From an uncultured Prevotellaceae bacterium (lineage in GTDB: Bacteria > Bacteroidota > Bacteroidia > Bacteroidales > Bacteroidaceae), in NCBI GenBank assembly GCA_900315455.1, contig OMZE01000007.1, positions 46,447-110,446 of the forward strand: a stretch of 64,000 nt of DNA, given 5' to 3'. Made by a program: the position numbers and the translations under genes. Below are positions 10,786 through 20,272 of this stretch, piece after piece. Under the pieces are notes generated by a model. That model was not told the DNA's origin. It saw nothing but the letters and a program-made list of their open reading frames with translations, and searched no databases. Each line of letters begins with the position of its first letter. Positions within the stretch are counted from its first letter, which is position 1.

Positions 10786-11511
10786 ATGGAAAAATTCAAA
10801 GTGATTATCGTTGAGGATGTGGCACTCGAACTCAAAGGCACCGAGGGCATCATCCGCAATGACATCCCAGAAGCGCAAATCATCGGTACTGCCGACAGCG
10901 AGGCCTCGTACTGGAAACTGCTCAAACAGGAGATGCCCGACCTTGTGCTCCTCGACCTCGGACTGGGAGGCTCCACTACCGTAGGCGTGGAGATTTGCCG
11001 TCATACCAAGGAACTGCACAAGAATGTAAAAGTGCTCATCTTCACAGGTGAGATACTCAATGAAAAACTATGGGTCGATGTGCTCGATGCCGGGGCCGAC
11101 GGTATTATCCTCAAGAGTGGCGAACTGCTCACGAGGGGCGACGTGTTCAGCGTGATGAGCGGCAAGCGACTGGTTTTCAACGAGCCAATCCTTGAGAAAA
11201 TAGTGGAAAGGTTCAAATACAGCGTGGGCAGCCATCTCATGCGCCAGGAGGCATTGGTCAACTACGAAATCGACGAGTACGACGAGCGTTTCCTGAGACA
11301 CTTGGCACTGGGTTATACCAAGGAACAAATCACCAACCTCCGGGGAATGCCCTTCGGCGTGAAGAGTTTGGAGAAAAGACAAAACGAACTGGTGCAAAAA
11401 CTATTCCCCAACGGCAACGGTGGATATGGCGTGAATGCCACACGTCTCGTGGTGAGGGCCTGTGAACTGCGTATCATCGATATCGACAACTTGCATGCCG
11501 ACGACGAATAG
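10786..11511 (+). CDS. Response regulator (DUF5932 type, receiver plus HTH-like C-terminus)
   Basis: IIVED, LLDLGL (phospho-Asp), IFTG, LKSG receiver motifs. Confidence 0.88.
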   Translation: MEKFKVIIVEDVALELKGTEGIIRNDIPEAQIIGTADSEASYWKLLKQEMPDLVLLDLGLGGSTTVGVEICRHTKELHKNVKVLIFTGEILNEKLWVDVLDAGADGIILKSGELLTRGDVFSVMSGKRLVFNEPILEKIVERFKYSVGSHLMRQEALVNYEIDEYDERFLRHLALGYTKEQITNLRGMPFGVKSLEKRQNELVQKLFPNGNGGYGVNATRLVVRACELRIIDIDNLHADDE

Positions 11512-11518
11512 GAGATGG

Positions 11519-12115
11519 ATGAGGGGATGTGCCATCGTGGCTGCCGTCGTCGCGGCTCTGCAGGTGGCATTGTTCTTGGTGTCGTGGCTCATTACGGCTG
11601 CCTCGCCAGAAACCTCCGTGCGCTCGCTGCTCAGCAATGAAGGCATCAGGTGGTTCTTCGGGACATTCACCAGCAACGTGGCATCGGCCCCACTGACGTG
11701 GATCGTCGTTGCCGCTATGGCTTATGGCGCACTCCGGCAGAGCGGCATGATAAGTACGCTCGCCAAACCGAAGCCAAGGACTTACCGCCAGGCGTTCGCG
11801 TTGCGCATCGTATTGGCAGAATTGCTGCTTTTCGCCATAATCATCGTGGTGGTGGCTTTCATCCCTCATGCCGCCTTGCTCAGTGTTACCGGAGAACTCT
11901 TTCCCAGTAGTTTCAGCATTTGCCTCATACCCATTGTCGCTTTCTGCGTGGCGATGATATCCATCACTTTCGGCCTCCTCACTGCCACAATGAGGTCGAC
12001 CGCTGAGGTATTCCTGTCGCTCTGCCGCGGACTGGCTGATGCTACACCGTTGATTGTTCTTCATGTGCTCATTGCCGAACTGTATTTCTCGCTGAGATAC
12101 GTGTTTCCGCTGTAA
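11519..12115 (+). CDS. Small integral membrane protein, AbgT-like N-terminus
   Basis: VRSLLSNEGIRWFFG resembles the AbgT motif; about 5 hydrophobic segments. Confidence 0.7.
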   Translation: MRGCAIVAAVVAALQVALFLVSWLITAASPETSVRSLLSNEGIRWFFGTFTSNVASAPLTWIVVAAMAYGALRQSGMISTLAKPKPRTYRQAFALRIVLAELLLFAIIIVVVAFIPHAALLSVTGELFPSSFSICLIPIVAFCVAMISITFGLLTATMRSTAEVFLSLCRGLADATPLIVLHVLIAELYFSLRYVFPL

Positions 12116-12343
12116 TGCTCCATGAATGTCAAGATTTGCGGTACAGACGTTACTCCTGCTCCCCTTCATCTTCATCGCCGAGGCGGCCATCATCTCTCAT
12201 TTCTTTCATCTTTTTGTCACTTTTTCCACCCTAAATTGAGTGTATACGAAACTTGATTCTCTTCATAAACTTCGGTATCTTTGGCTTCTTGAATGAAATC
12301 TTCCTAAAAATTCTTTAAAAACAAGGATTTATTGAAAAAATAT

Positions 12344-12374
12344 TTTGGTGATTACAAAAATCTTTGTAATTTTG
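12344..12374 (+). promoter_or_regulatory. Bacteroidetes primary-sigma promoter of the rpmB operon
   Basis: TTTG (12344-47), 19-nt spacer, TAATTTTG (12367-74). Confidence 0.8.
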
Positions 12375-12427
12375 CACCCTGTTTGGAATAGGTATCAAAA
12401 ACAAGAAAACAAAAAAATTAGATAGCA

Positions 12428-12691
12428 ATGTCGAAGATTTGTCAGATTACGGGGAAAAAGGCCCAGGTGGGCAACAATGTTTCCCACTCGAAGCATCGCA
12501 CAAAGCGCACTTTCGATGTGAACTTGTTCACAAAGAAATTCTACTATGTAGAGGAAGATTGCTGGATCAGTCTTAAGATTAGTGCTGCTGGTCTGCGTCT
12601 TATTAATAAAGTTGGTCTTGACGCCGCACTGAAGCAGGCTGTTGCCAAAGGTTATTGCGATTGGAAAGACATTAAAGTGATAGGAGAATAA
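12428..12691 (+). CDS. rpmB: 50S ribosomal protein L28
   Basis: [11 protein letters not shown]...[13 protein letters not shown]. Confidence 0.98.
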   Translation: MSKICQITGKKAQVGNNVSHSKHRTKRTFDVNLFTKKFYYVEEDCWISLKISAAGLRLINKVGLDAALKQAVAKGYCDWKDIKVIGE

Positions 12692-12696
12692 TCAAA

Positions 12697-12795
12697 TTGA
12701 CCACCAAGAACCGTAAGAACACTCCCGAGAGAATGGAATTGAAGAAGTATAACCCCATCCTTAAGAAAATGACCGTTCATAAGGAAATTAAATAA
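12697..12795 (+). pseudogene. rpmG: 50S ribosomal protein L33, N-terminal half missing
   Basis: Reads (TTG)[31 protein letters not shown], 5 nt after the rpmB stop; no ATG or N-terminal segment. Confidence 0.85.
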
Positions 12796-12805
12796 TCACT
12801 GAACT

Positions 12806-12964
12806 ATGGCAAAGAAAACCGTTGCAACCTTCCATGAAGGATCTCAGGATGGTCGCTCTTATACAAAAGTCATCAAGATGGTGAAGAGCCCCAAGACAGG
12901 TGCTTATATCTTTGATGAGCAAATGGTTCCCAACGAGGAAGTGCAGAATTTCTTTAAGAAATAA
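12806..12964 (+). CDS. DUF4295 family small protein
   Basis: MAKKTVATFHEGSQDGRSYTKVIKMVKSPKTGAYIFDEQMVPNEEVQNFFKK*; conserved rpmG-DUF4295-ftsY synteny; absent from the ORF track. Confidence 0.9.
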   Translation: MAKKTVATFHEGSQDGRSYTKVIKMVKSPKTGAYIFDEQMVPNEEVQNFFKK

Positions 12965-12986
12965 TATCTTATACGATACACAAGAG

Positions 12987-13012
12987 GAGTGCTCTAAGGG
13001 GCACTCTTTTTT
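12987..13012 (+). terminator. Intrinsic terminator
   Basis: GAGTGCTC-taag-GGGCACTC followed by T-run. Confidence 0.75.
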
Positions 13013-13095
13013 GTTTCTCACATTCTTCTTCGCGCTTTGAGTTGAAGAAATGCAATTCTTTTATCTCAATAGGCTTGTAATTCGCAAATTTTAAC

Positions 13096-13103
13096 TATAT
13101 TTG
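13096..13103 (+). promoter_or_regulatory. -7 promoter element for the ftsY operon
   Basis: TATATTTG 20 nt upstream of ATG. Confidence 0.6.
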
Positions 13104-13122
13104 TCGCCAAAAGAGTTTTATT

Positions 13123-14079
13123 ATGGGATTATTCGGTATATTCAATAAGAAAAAGAAAGAGACCCTTGACAAGGGGCTTGAGCGCACACAGCAAAGTTTT
13201 TTTTCCAAAATCTCAAAAGCCGTAGCAGGTAAGTCAAAGGTCGACGACGAAGTGCTCGACGAACTGGAAGAGGTGCTCATCTCTTCTGACGTAGGGGTCG
13301 ACACCACCGTGAAAATCATCGAGCGTATCGAAGAGCGGGTGGCGAGAGACAAATATGTCACCACTTCCGAACTCAATGGAATCCTGCGTGAGGAGATAGC
13401 GGCGCTGCTCGCCGAGAACAACACCACCGACAACGACGATTGGGATTTGCCCACCGACCACAAACCTTATGTCATTCTCGTGGTAGGCGTCAACGGCGTG
13501 GGAAAGACTACCACCATCGGCAAACTGGCTTATCAGTTTAAACAGGCAGGCAAGAAGGTCTTTCTTGGTGCTGCCGATACCTTCCGTGCTGCCGCCGTGG
13601 AGCAACTCTGCATCTGGGGTGAGCGCGTGGGAGTGCCTGTCATCAAACAGCAGATGGGGTCCGACCCTGCCTCCGTGGCTTTCGATACCTTGAGTTCTGC
13701 AAAGGCCAATCAGGCCGATGTGGTCATCATCGATACCGCAGGGCGCTTGCATAATAAGGTGGGCCTGATGAATGAGTTGAAGAAGGTGAAGGACGTGATG
13801 AAGAAGGTGCTGCCCGATGCTCCCGACGAGGTGATGCTCGTGCTTGATGGCAGTACGGGGCAGAATGCCTTCGAACAAGCCAAGCAATTCTCGGCTGTCA
13901 CACAAATCACCAGCATGGCCATCACCAAACTCGACGGAACGGCAAAAGGTGGAGTGGTGATAGGTATCAGCGACCAGTTGAAGGTGCCGGTGAAGTATAT
14001 CGGTTTGGGAGAGGGCATGGAAGACCTGCAACTCTTCAACAAACGCCAGTTCGTTGATTCGCTTTTCGGCGAAAGATAA
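13123..14079 (+). CDS. ftsY: Signal recognition particle receptor FtsY
   Basis: GVNGVGKTTT, DTFRAAA, DTAGR, TKLDGTAKGG. Confidence 0.98.
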   Translation: MGLFGIFNKKKKETLDKGLERTQQSFFSKISKAVAGKSKVDDEVLDELEEVLISSDVGVDTTVKIIERIEERVARDKYVTTSELNGILREEIAALLAENNTTDNDDWDLPTDHKPYVILVVGVNGVGKTTTIGKLAYQFKQAGKKVFLGAADTFRAAAVEQLCIWGERVGVPVIKQQMGSDPASVAFDTLSSAKANQADVVIIDTAGRLHNKVGLMNELKKVKDVMKKVLPDAPDEVMLVLDGSTGQNAFEQAKQFSAVTQITSMAITKLDGTAKGGVVIGISDQLKVPVKYIGLGEGMEDLQLFNKRQFVDSLFGER

Positions 14080-14104
14080 TCCATCTTCTCCTTCCAGCAT
14101 CGTA

Positions 14105-15406
14105 ATGATAAAAAACCAGGTCGACATCATCACTATGGGTTGCTCGAAGAATCTCGTCGACAGCGAGAAAATCATGCGGCAACTCGAAGCCAATGGCTAT
14201 ACATGCAAGCACGACAGCAAGAACCCGAAGGGGGAAATTGTCGTCATCAATACCTGTGGGTTCATACAGGATGCCAAGGAGGAAAGTATCAATGAAATCC
14301 TGCGCTTCTCCTTGGCCAAGGAACAGGGCCGTATCAACAAACTCTTTGTCATGGGGTGCCTGTCGCAGCGCTATCACGATGAACTGCTTCGTGAGATAGA
14401 CAACGTAGACAAGTATTACGGGAAGTTCGACTACCATCAGTTGCTCAATGACCTGGGGAAGGCGCCCATCGCTGCCTACAAAGACCAGCGTCACCTCACT
14501 ACGCCTCACCATTATGCCTACCTGAAAATCAGTGAGGGGTGCGACAGAAAGTGTGCCTACTGTGCCATCCCCATTATTACCGGGCGACACCAGAGCCGAC
14601 CGATGGAGGATATCCTCCATGAGGTGCAGATGCTCGCCGACAAAGGGGTGCACGAACTGCAGGTCATCGCTCAGGAACTCACCTATTATGGCATCGATAT
14701 CGATGGCCGTAGGCATATCGCTGAACTTATCTCGCGCATTGCCGAGGTAAAGGGCATTGAATGGATACGTCTTCACTATGCTTACCCCAACCAGTTTCCT
14801 GACGACTTGCTTGAGGTGATGCGCGATAATCCCAAGGTGTGCAAATACCTCGATATTGCCTTGCAGCATATCTCCGACAACATGCTCCGCCGGATGCACC
14901 GGCATACTACGAAGGAAGAGACTTGCCAACTCATCACACGGCTGAGGGAGATGGTACCGGGGGTGACGCTGAGAACGACGATGATGGTCGGGTTTCCTGG
15001 CGAGACCGATGAGGATTTTCAGCAACTCCTCGACTTCGTGCGATGGGCTCGTTTCGAACGTCTTGGTGCCTTTGCCTACTCTGAGGAGGAGGGCACTTAC
15101 AGTGCCCTGCATTACAAAGACGATGTACCGGAAGAGGTGAAACGCAAAAGACTCGACACCTTGATGGCGGTACAGCAGGAAATCAGTGCCGAGATACAGG
15201 CTGGCGAAGTGGGGAAGACCGTCAGGGTTGTCATCGACAGGAAAGAAGGCGACTATTATGTGGGGCGTACACAGTTTTCCTCGCCAGAGGTCGACCCTGA
15301 AGTGCTTGTTCCTGTTGGAACACGCCAGTTGCGCCCCGGACGGTTCTATAACGTGCGGATTACCGGTTCAGAAGAGTTCGACCTCTATGGTGAGGTGGAA
15401 AGATAA
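14105..15406 (+). CDS. rimO: Ribosomal protein S12 methylthiotransferase
   Basis: MGCSKNLVDSE, NTCGFI, CDRKCAYC radical-SAM motif, TRAM-like tail. Confidence 0.96.
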   Translation: MIKNQVDIITMGCSKNLVDSEKIMRQLEANGYTCKHDSKNPKGEIVVINTCGFIQDAKEESINEILRFSLAKEQGRINKLFVMGCLSQRYHDELLREIDNVDKYYGKFDYHQLLNDLGKAPIAAYKDQRHLTTPHHYAYLKISEGCDRKCAYCAIPIITGRHQSRPMEDILHEVQMLADKGVHELQVIAQELTYYGIDIDGRRHIAELISRIAEVKGIEWIRLHYAYPNQFPDDLLEVMRDNPKVCKYLDIALQHISDNMLRRMHRHTTKEETCQLITRLREMVPGVTLRTTMMVGFPGETDEDFQQLLDFVRWARFERLGAFAYSEEEGTYSALHYKDDVPEEVKRKRLDTLMAVQQEISAEIQAGEVGKTVRVVIDRKEGDYYVGRTQFSSPEVDPEVLVPVGTRQLRPGRFYNVRITGSEEFDLYGEVER

Positions 15407-15417
15407 TCATTTTTGCC

Positions 15418-16764
15418 ATGAACAATAGTCAATTCATCATTTTTCTTGCTGCCAGACTGGGCTGTTCTACCGAAATGGCCGAACAATATGTCTCTGCCAT
15501 TGTGAAATGGATAACCGACAATACCATCGCCAATACACAACTCGTGGTTCGTGATTTCGGGAAATTCCTGGTGGAGAAGCGCAACGAGTATATTGTTGTC
15601 GATGCCATCACAAGGAAACGGACACTCATGCCACCGCACCTTTCCATGCATTTTGTGCCTTATCCATTGCTCGGTGATGAGGAGAAAGGGTTGTTCTTCC
15701 CCATGGAACAGGTGGCCGGCGAAATGGCAAACAAACTCCAGGTGCCTGCCAATGTGGCGGAAATGGCTGTAGTGGAGTTTTTCAAGGCGTTGCTTCATGC
15801 GATGAACAACGAGGGGGAAGTGAGTGTGGAGGCACTGGGCGTATTCCAACTTACAAAAGTCAAACTCAACAACTCGGTCTACGGCAAGGTGTCTTTCCGC
15901 TCCGACAGCGCGTTGTCTGATATCGTCAACAGACCATTCTCCTATTTCCAACCCGTGGAATTGCGCGACGACGTGCATTTCGAAGATGTGGAGACCACCA
16001 CTGCTCCCACAGATTCTTCCGCCCCCGCCTCCGACACCTTCGTCATGGAAACCATCACCGAAAACACTGACGCTAAAGACCAGGAAGACTCTAATGGGCA
16101 AGAAGGTATTATAGAGCAAGAAGATGCAATTGAGCAAGAAAACGCTATAGAGCAAGAAGGTATTATAGAGCAAGAAGACGATATAGAGCAAGAAGACGAT
16201 ATAGAGCAAGAAGATGCTAAAGTCCCTGTTGCCCTTAATGCCCTTAATGATTCCAATGAATCTAATGACCCAGAAGACTCTAATGCTCCAATAGTCCTAA
16301 CACCCTCATCCTCTCAGGAAACTTCCGTGGAGAAAAATGTTCCTAAGAGGAATTACACCGGACTGATAGTGTTGTTGGGAGTAGTGGCACTGATAGGTCT
16401 TGTCATCCTTTTCTTTGGTCGTAGCAACGACGAGGAGACCGGTGTGGCTTCTCAGACCACAGAATCTTCCTCAGACTCCGTGAAGGCTATACTTCCCGTT
16501 GATACAATGGCGCCCAAAGAGGCCATAGCCTCAGCCGATACCATCGATTTGGATGCGATGAATGCGAAGATACCTTATGGTGCTTATGATATAGTGGGCA
16601 TCGACACCGTTATCACGGTGGTTAAGGGACAAACGGCAGCCTCCCTCTCCATGATGATGCTTGGAGCCGATAACCCTATCTATCTTATTGTGGCCAACGA
16701 TGGCAATGACAATCCTCAACCTGGAGAAAAATATCGTATTCCTAAACTTCAACTGCGGAAATAA
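15418..16764 (+). CDS. HU-like DNA-binding protein with acidic repeat linker, TM helix and LysM-like C-terminus
   Basis: Two HU-like segments (DFGKFLV, ALGVFQL), TM GLIVLLGVVALIGLVILFF, C-terminal ITVVKGQT...GEKYRIP; follows rimO. Confidence 0.75.
   Translation: MNNSQFIIFLAARLGCSTEMAEQYVSAIVKWITDNTIANTQLVVRDFGKFLVEKRNEYIVVDAITRKRTLMPPHLSMHFVPYPLLGDEEKGLFFPMEQVAGEMANKLQVPANVAEMAVVEFFKALLHAMNNEGEVSVEALGVFQLTKVKLNNSVYGKVSFRSDSALSDIVNRPFSYFQPVELRDDVHFEDVETTTAPTDSSAPASDTFVMETITENTDAKDQEDSNGQEGIIEQEDAIEQENAIEQEGIIEQEDDIEQEDDIEQEDAKVPVALNALNDSNESNDPEDSNAPIVLTPSSSQETSVEKNVPKRNYTGLIVLLGVVALIGLVILFFGRSNDEETGVASQTTESSSDSVKAILPVDTMAPKEAIASADTIDLDAMNAKIPYGAYDIVGIDTVITVVKGQTAASLSMMMLGADNPIYLIVANDGNDNPQPGEKYRIPKLQLRK
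16093..16218. repeat. 18-bp in-frame tandem repeat x7 (IEQEDx)
   Basis: atagagcaagaagaynnn units. Confidence 0.9.
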
Positions 16765-16923
16765 CATGCCTCCAGGCCTGCCTCCTTGACCGCCTCCTGG
16801 ATATGTCAATGGTTTTGTGGTGCGAAAATAATACAAAACGGCATTTCTAAACTATAATCTGTGAACCGGCAGAATTATTAAACGAAACTCCACCTTTACA
16901 ACTAAGTTGAACTCATCATGTGT

Positions 16924-16953
16924 AAAAAAGCGGCCCCTCTCACGAGGAACCGC
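16924..16953 (-). terminator. Intrinsic terminator of the efflux operon
   Basis: Minus strand gcggttcctcgtgagaggggccgc followed by T6. Confidence 0.75.
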
Positions 16954-17010
16954 CCACAAAATACTAAATTATCCACATATGAAATAAAAAAGCATTTATA
17001 GATCATTTGC

Positions 17011-18249
17011 TTATTCGTATCTGATGGCCTCGATTGGGTCGAGCCGTGCAGCTTTCTTAGCCGGGTACCATCCGAAGAACACCCCGGTGAAGGTGCATAC
17101 AGCAAAACTCATGACGATGCTCCAAGGCTGGATGTAAACGGGCCAGTGTGCAAGGGAATTAATGGCATAGGAGACTCCGACTCCCAGGGCGACCCCGATG
17201 ATGCCGCCGGTGACACTCAGCATGATGGCCTCGATGAGAAACTGGTTGAGGATGTCAATGCCACGTGCTCCCACACTCATGCGCAGGCCGATCTCACGGG
17301 TACGTTCCGTCACGCTCACATACATGATGTTCATGATGCCGATGCCTCCCACGATGAGCGAGATGCCAGCCACCGCACCTAATAAAATGGTGAGCATGTC
17401 GGTAGTGGAGTTCATCATGCTTGCCAACTCCTCCTGGGAGCGGATGTTGAAGTCGTCATCGTCGCCCGGTACATCATCCGTGGCCTCTCTCAACTTGTGG
17501 TTGCGGCGCAATATCTCGCTGATCTCCTCGGTGGCCTTCTCGGTGACCCCCTCGGTGATGGCCGAGCACTGGATGCCACTGAGGTAGGTCTGCGCCAGGA
17601 TGCGCTTCATTACTGCCGTATAGGGAGCCAACACCAGATCGTCCTGGTCCATGCCCATCGAGTTGTAGCCTTTCTTCTTGAGCACGCCCACCACGCGGAA
17701 AGGAATCGACTTGAAGCGTATCACCTTTCCTATGGGGTCGACTCCGTCGCCAAAGAGGTTGTCGACGACGGTCTGGCCAAGGACGCACACCTTGGCGCTC
17801 GTCTTGATGTCGGCATCGGTGAACATCTCGCCGTCGGAAACCGTGAGTTGGCGAATCTCAAGATAGTCCTTGTTCACGCCATAGACCGACGATGGCGTGT
17901 TGTTGTTGCCATAGATGAACTGTCCGGCACTCTGCACCATCGGGCTCACCGCCTTCACATAGGTGCACCCTTCCTTGATGGCCTCGTAGTCGGCCAGTTT
18001 CAGCGTCTCCATCGACGAGGCATCCTGACGCACGCCTCCACGCATGTCGGCCCCCGGCGAGATCATGATCATGTTGGAGCCCATCTCCGAGATATTCGAC
18101 TGGATGCTCCGTTTTGTGCCTTGTCCGATGGCCAACATGGTGATAACCGATGCGATGCCGATAATGATACCCAAGGCTGTGAGAAACGACCGTGTCTTAT
18201 TGGCGGCGATGGCCCGGAGCGCTATTTTGAAAAGGTTTGTAATGTTCAT
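17011..18249 (-). CDS. MacB/FtsX-family ABC transporter permease
   Basis: RSFLTALGIIIGIASVI; GGIGIMNIM.VSVTERTREIG; ARLDPIEAIRYE. Confidence 0.95.
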   Translation of the reverse strand: MNITNLFKIALRAIAANKTRSFLTALGIIIGIASVITMLAIGQGTKRSIQSNISEMGSNMIMISPGADMRGGVRQDASSMETLKLADYEAIKEGCTYVKAVSPMVQSAGQFIYGNNNTPSSVYGVNKDYLEIRQLTVSDGEMFTDADIKTSAKVCVLGQTVVDNLFGDGVDPIGKVIRFKSIPFRVVGVLKKKGYNSMGMDQDDLVLAPYTAVMKRILAQTYLSGIQCSAITEGVTEKATEEISEILRRNHKLREATDDVPGDDDDFNIRSQEELASMMNSTTDMLTILLGAVAGISLIVGGIGIMNIMYVSVTERTREIGLRMSVGARGIDILNQFLIEAIMLSVTGGIIGVALGVGVSYAINSLAHWPVYIQPWSIVMSFAVCTFTGVFFGWYPAKKAARLDPIEAIRYE

Positions 18250-18266
18250 GATAACAGGGGATTATT

Positions 18267-19019
18267 CTATTCGTCGGAGTTGGCCGGGAGGGCAGCCAGG
18301 CCTTTCTCGGCAGAGAGGATGTTGTGGTTAAGGTCGTCGCTGATGACCCGCCCGTCACGCAACATGATGTTGCGGCTCGAGTAGTTGGCGATGTCAGGGT
18401 TGTGGGTGACGAAGATGATCGTTCGGCCCTCGGAATGGAGCTTCTGGAAGAGTACCAGAATCTCAAAACTGGTACGCGTGTCGAGGTTGCCGGTGGCCTC
18501 GTCGGCAAGGATCACGGCAGGGTCGTTGACGAGGGCGCGGGCGATGGCCACACGCTGCATCTGACCACCCGACATCTGGTTGGACTTGTGGTAGAGACGG
18601 TCGCCAAGGCCTACGGCCTTCAGGGCTTCCACGGCCTTCTCGTGGCGTTGCCTTGCCGATACTTCGGCATTATACATCAATGGCAGCTCCACGTTCTCCA
18701 CACTGGTGGTCTTGGGCAGCAAGTTGTAGTTCTGGAAGATGAAACCGATCTTGCGGTTGCGAAGCACGGCGCGCTGCGACTTCGACATCTTGCGCACCGA
18801 AACGCCGTCAAGGAAATACTCACCGGTGGTGGGGGAGTCGAGACATCCCAGTTGGTTGAGGAGGGTAGACTTGCCGGAACCCGACTTGCCCATGATGGTG
18901 ACGAACTCGCCCTCGTAGATTTTGAACGACACGCCACGTAGGGCATGGACGGTCTCCTCGCCTACGATGAAGTCGCGCTTCACGTCTTGCAGTTCGATGA
19001 CAACTTTTCTGTTTTCCAT
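18267..19019 (-). CDS. ABC transporter ATP-binding protein (MacB/LolD type)
   Basis: GKSGSGKST, MSGGQMQR, ILADEATGNLD. Confidence 0.96.
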   Translation of the reverse strand: MENRKVVIELQDVKRDFIVGEETVHALRGVSFKIYEGEFVTIMGKSGSGKSTLLNQLGCLDSPTTGEYFLDGVSVRKMSKSQRAVLRNRKIGFIFQNYNLLPKTTSVENVELPLMYNAEVSARQRHEKAVEALKAVGLGDRLYHKSNQMSGGQMQRVAIARALVNDPAVILADEATGNLDTRTSFEILVLFQKLHSEGRTIIFVTHNPDIANYSSRNIMLRDGRVISDDLNHNILSAEKGLAALPANSDE

Positions 19020-19045
19020 AATGATGGATGATGACTAAGCGCGAG

Positions 19046-20233
19046 TTATTTCTTGTTGTTATTGCGGCGGGGAGGGCCTGGTGCGAATGGACTCTGCTCC
19101 TGTCCGTTATCCTGAGGTTCCTCTTCGGTGGTCACCACCACTTCTGAAATCACTTCCACGCCACGGCTCACACCGCTCACTATCTCGGTGTTGGTGCCAT
19201 CTGTCTGACCCAGTTTCACGGGATGTGCCTTCAGCACATCGCCCTCAAGAGTCCACAACTTGTTCTTGCCGCTGCAGTCCACCATCTTGCGCTGCTTGCC
19301 GATGGTCTCCTTGGTGGGTGTGAAGCGCAGGGCCTTGGTGGGCACGCAGAGCACGCCGTTGCGCTCGAAAGTGTAGATGGTGACGCTGGCGGTAAGGCCA
19401 GGTTTGAGCTTCAGCTGCGAGTTGGGCGCGCTGATCACCACCTCGTAGGTCACCACGTTGTTGGTCGTTGTGGCTTCCTGTCTCACTTGGGTGACGGCTC
19501 CTTGGAAGGTGTCCTCGGGATAGGCGTCTACGGTGAACGTGACCCGTTCGCCAACCTTCACGCCGCCGATGTCGGCTTCGTCGACATTGGCCACCACCTG
19601 CATGTTGGTGAGGTCTTTGGCGATGGTGAAGAGTTCGGGGGTGTTGAAACTGGCGGCCACCGTCTGTCCTTCCTCCACCGACTTCGACAAGACGACGCCG
19701 TCGATGGGCGAGGTGATGGTGGCGTAGCCCAGGTTGGTCTGTGCGCGCCGCACATTCTCAGTGGCCTGGTTCACCTGCTCCTGGGCCTGGCGGTAAGAGA
19801 GTTGGGCGCTCTCGAAATCGTCAGCACTCACCAGCCCTTTGTTGAAGAGGGTTTGGTAGCGTTTGTAGTTGGCTTCCTGATAGTTGAGTGCGCTTTGCGC
19901 GCTCGAGAGGTTGGCCTTGGCGGTGTTGAGCTCGCTGGTGAGGTTAGTCTTGTCGAGCTCGGCTATCACCTGGCCTTTCTTTACCACGCTGTTGTAATCT
20001 ACGTATAGACGGCTCACGATACCCGACACCTGAGTTCCCACGGTGACCGATGTGACAGGCTCTATGGTGCCGGTGGCGGTGACGCTGTTGCGAAGGGTGG
20101 TCTCCTCCACCTTCACGGTGCTGAAGTTGATTACTTCCTCCTTCTTGTCTCCAGAGAACATCCAGAATGCCACGGCGGCGATGGCCAGGAGAATGACGAA
20201 TATCCAGATTTTGCTGATTCTGTTCTTTTTCAT
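19046..20233 (-). CDS. MacA-like periplasmic adaptor subunit
   Basis: N-terminal TM, VGTQVSG, ITSPIDGVV, coiled hairpin. Confidence 0.93.
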   Translation of the reverse strand: MKKNRISKIWIFVILLAIAAVAFWMFSGDKKEEVINFSTVKVEETTLRNSVTATGTIEPVTSVTVGTQVSGIVSRLYVDYNSVVKKGQVIAELDKTNLTSELNTAKANLSSAQSALNYQEANYKRYQTLFNKGLVSADDFESAQLSYRQAQEQVNQATENVRRAQTNLGYATITSPIDGVVLSKSVEEGQTVAASFNTPELFTIAKDLTNMQVVANVDEADIGGVKVGERVTFTVDAYPEDTFQGAVTQVRQEATTTNNVVTYEVVISAPNSQLKLKPGLTASVTIYTFERNGVLCVPTKALRFTPTKETIGKQRKMVDCSGKNKLWTLEGDVLKAHPVKLGQTDGTNTEIVSGVSRGVEVISEVVVTTEEEPQDNGQEQSPFAPGPPRRNNNKK

Positions 20234-20272
20234 TTCTTCTTTGTTATTGGTATATGTCAGGTGGTGTAATGC

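Noticed and set aside
16093-16218. Possible CRISPR-like array
   Set aside because: Contiguous 18-bp units without spacers, in frame within a CDS; no cas genes
16531-16836. Minus-strand ORF containing PGGGQGGRPGGM
   Set aside because: Mostly antisense to the HU-like gene; the short Gly-rich stretch alone is insufficient support
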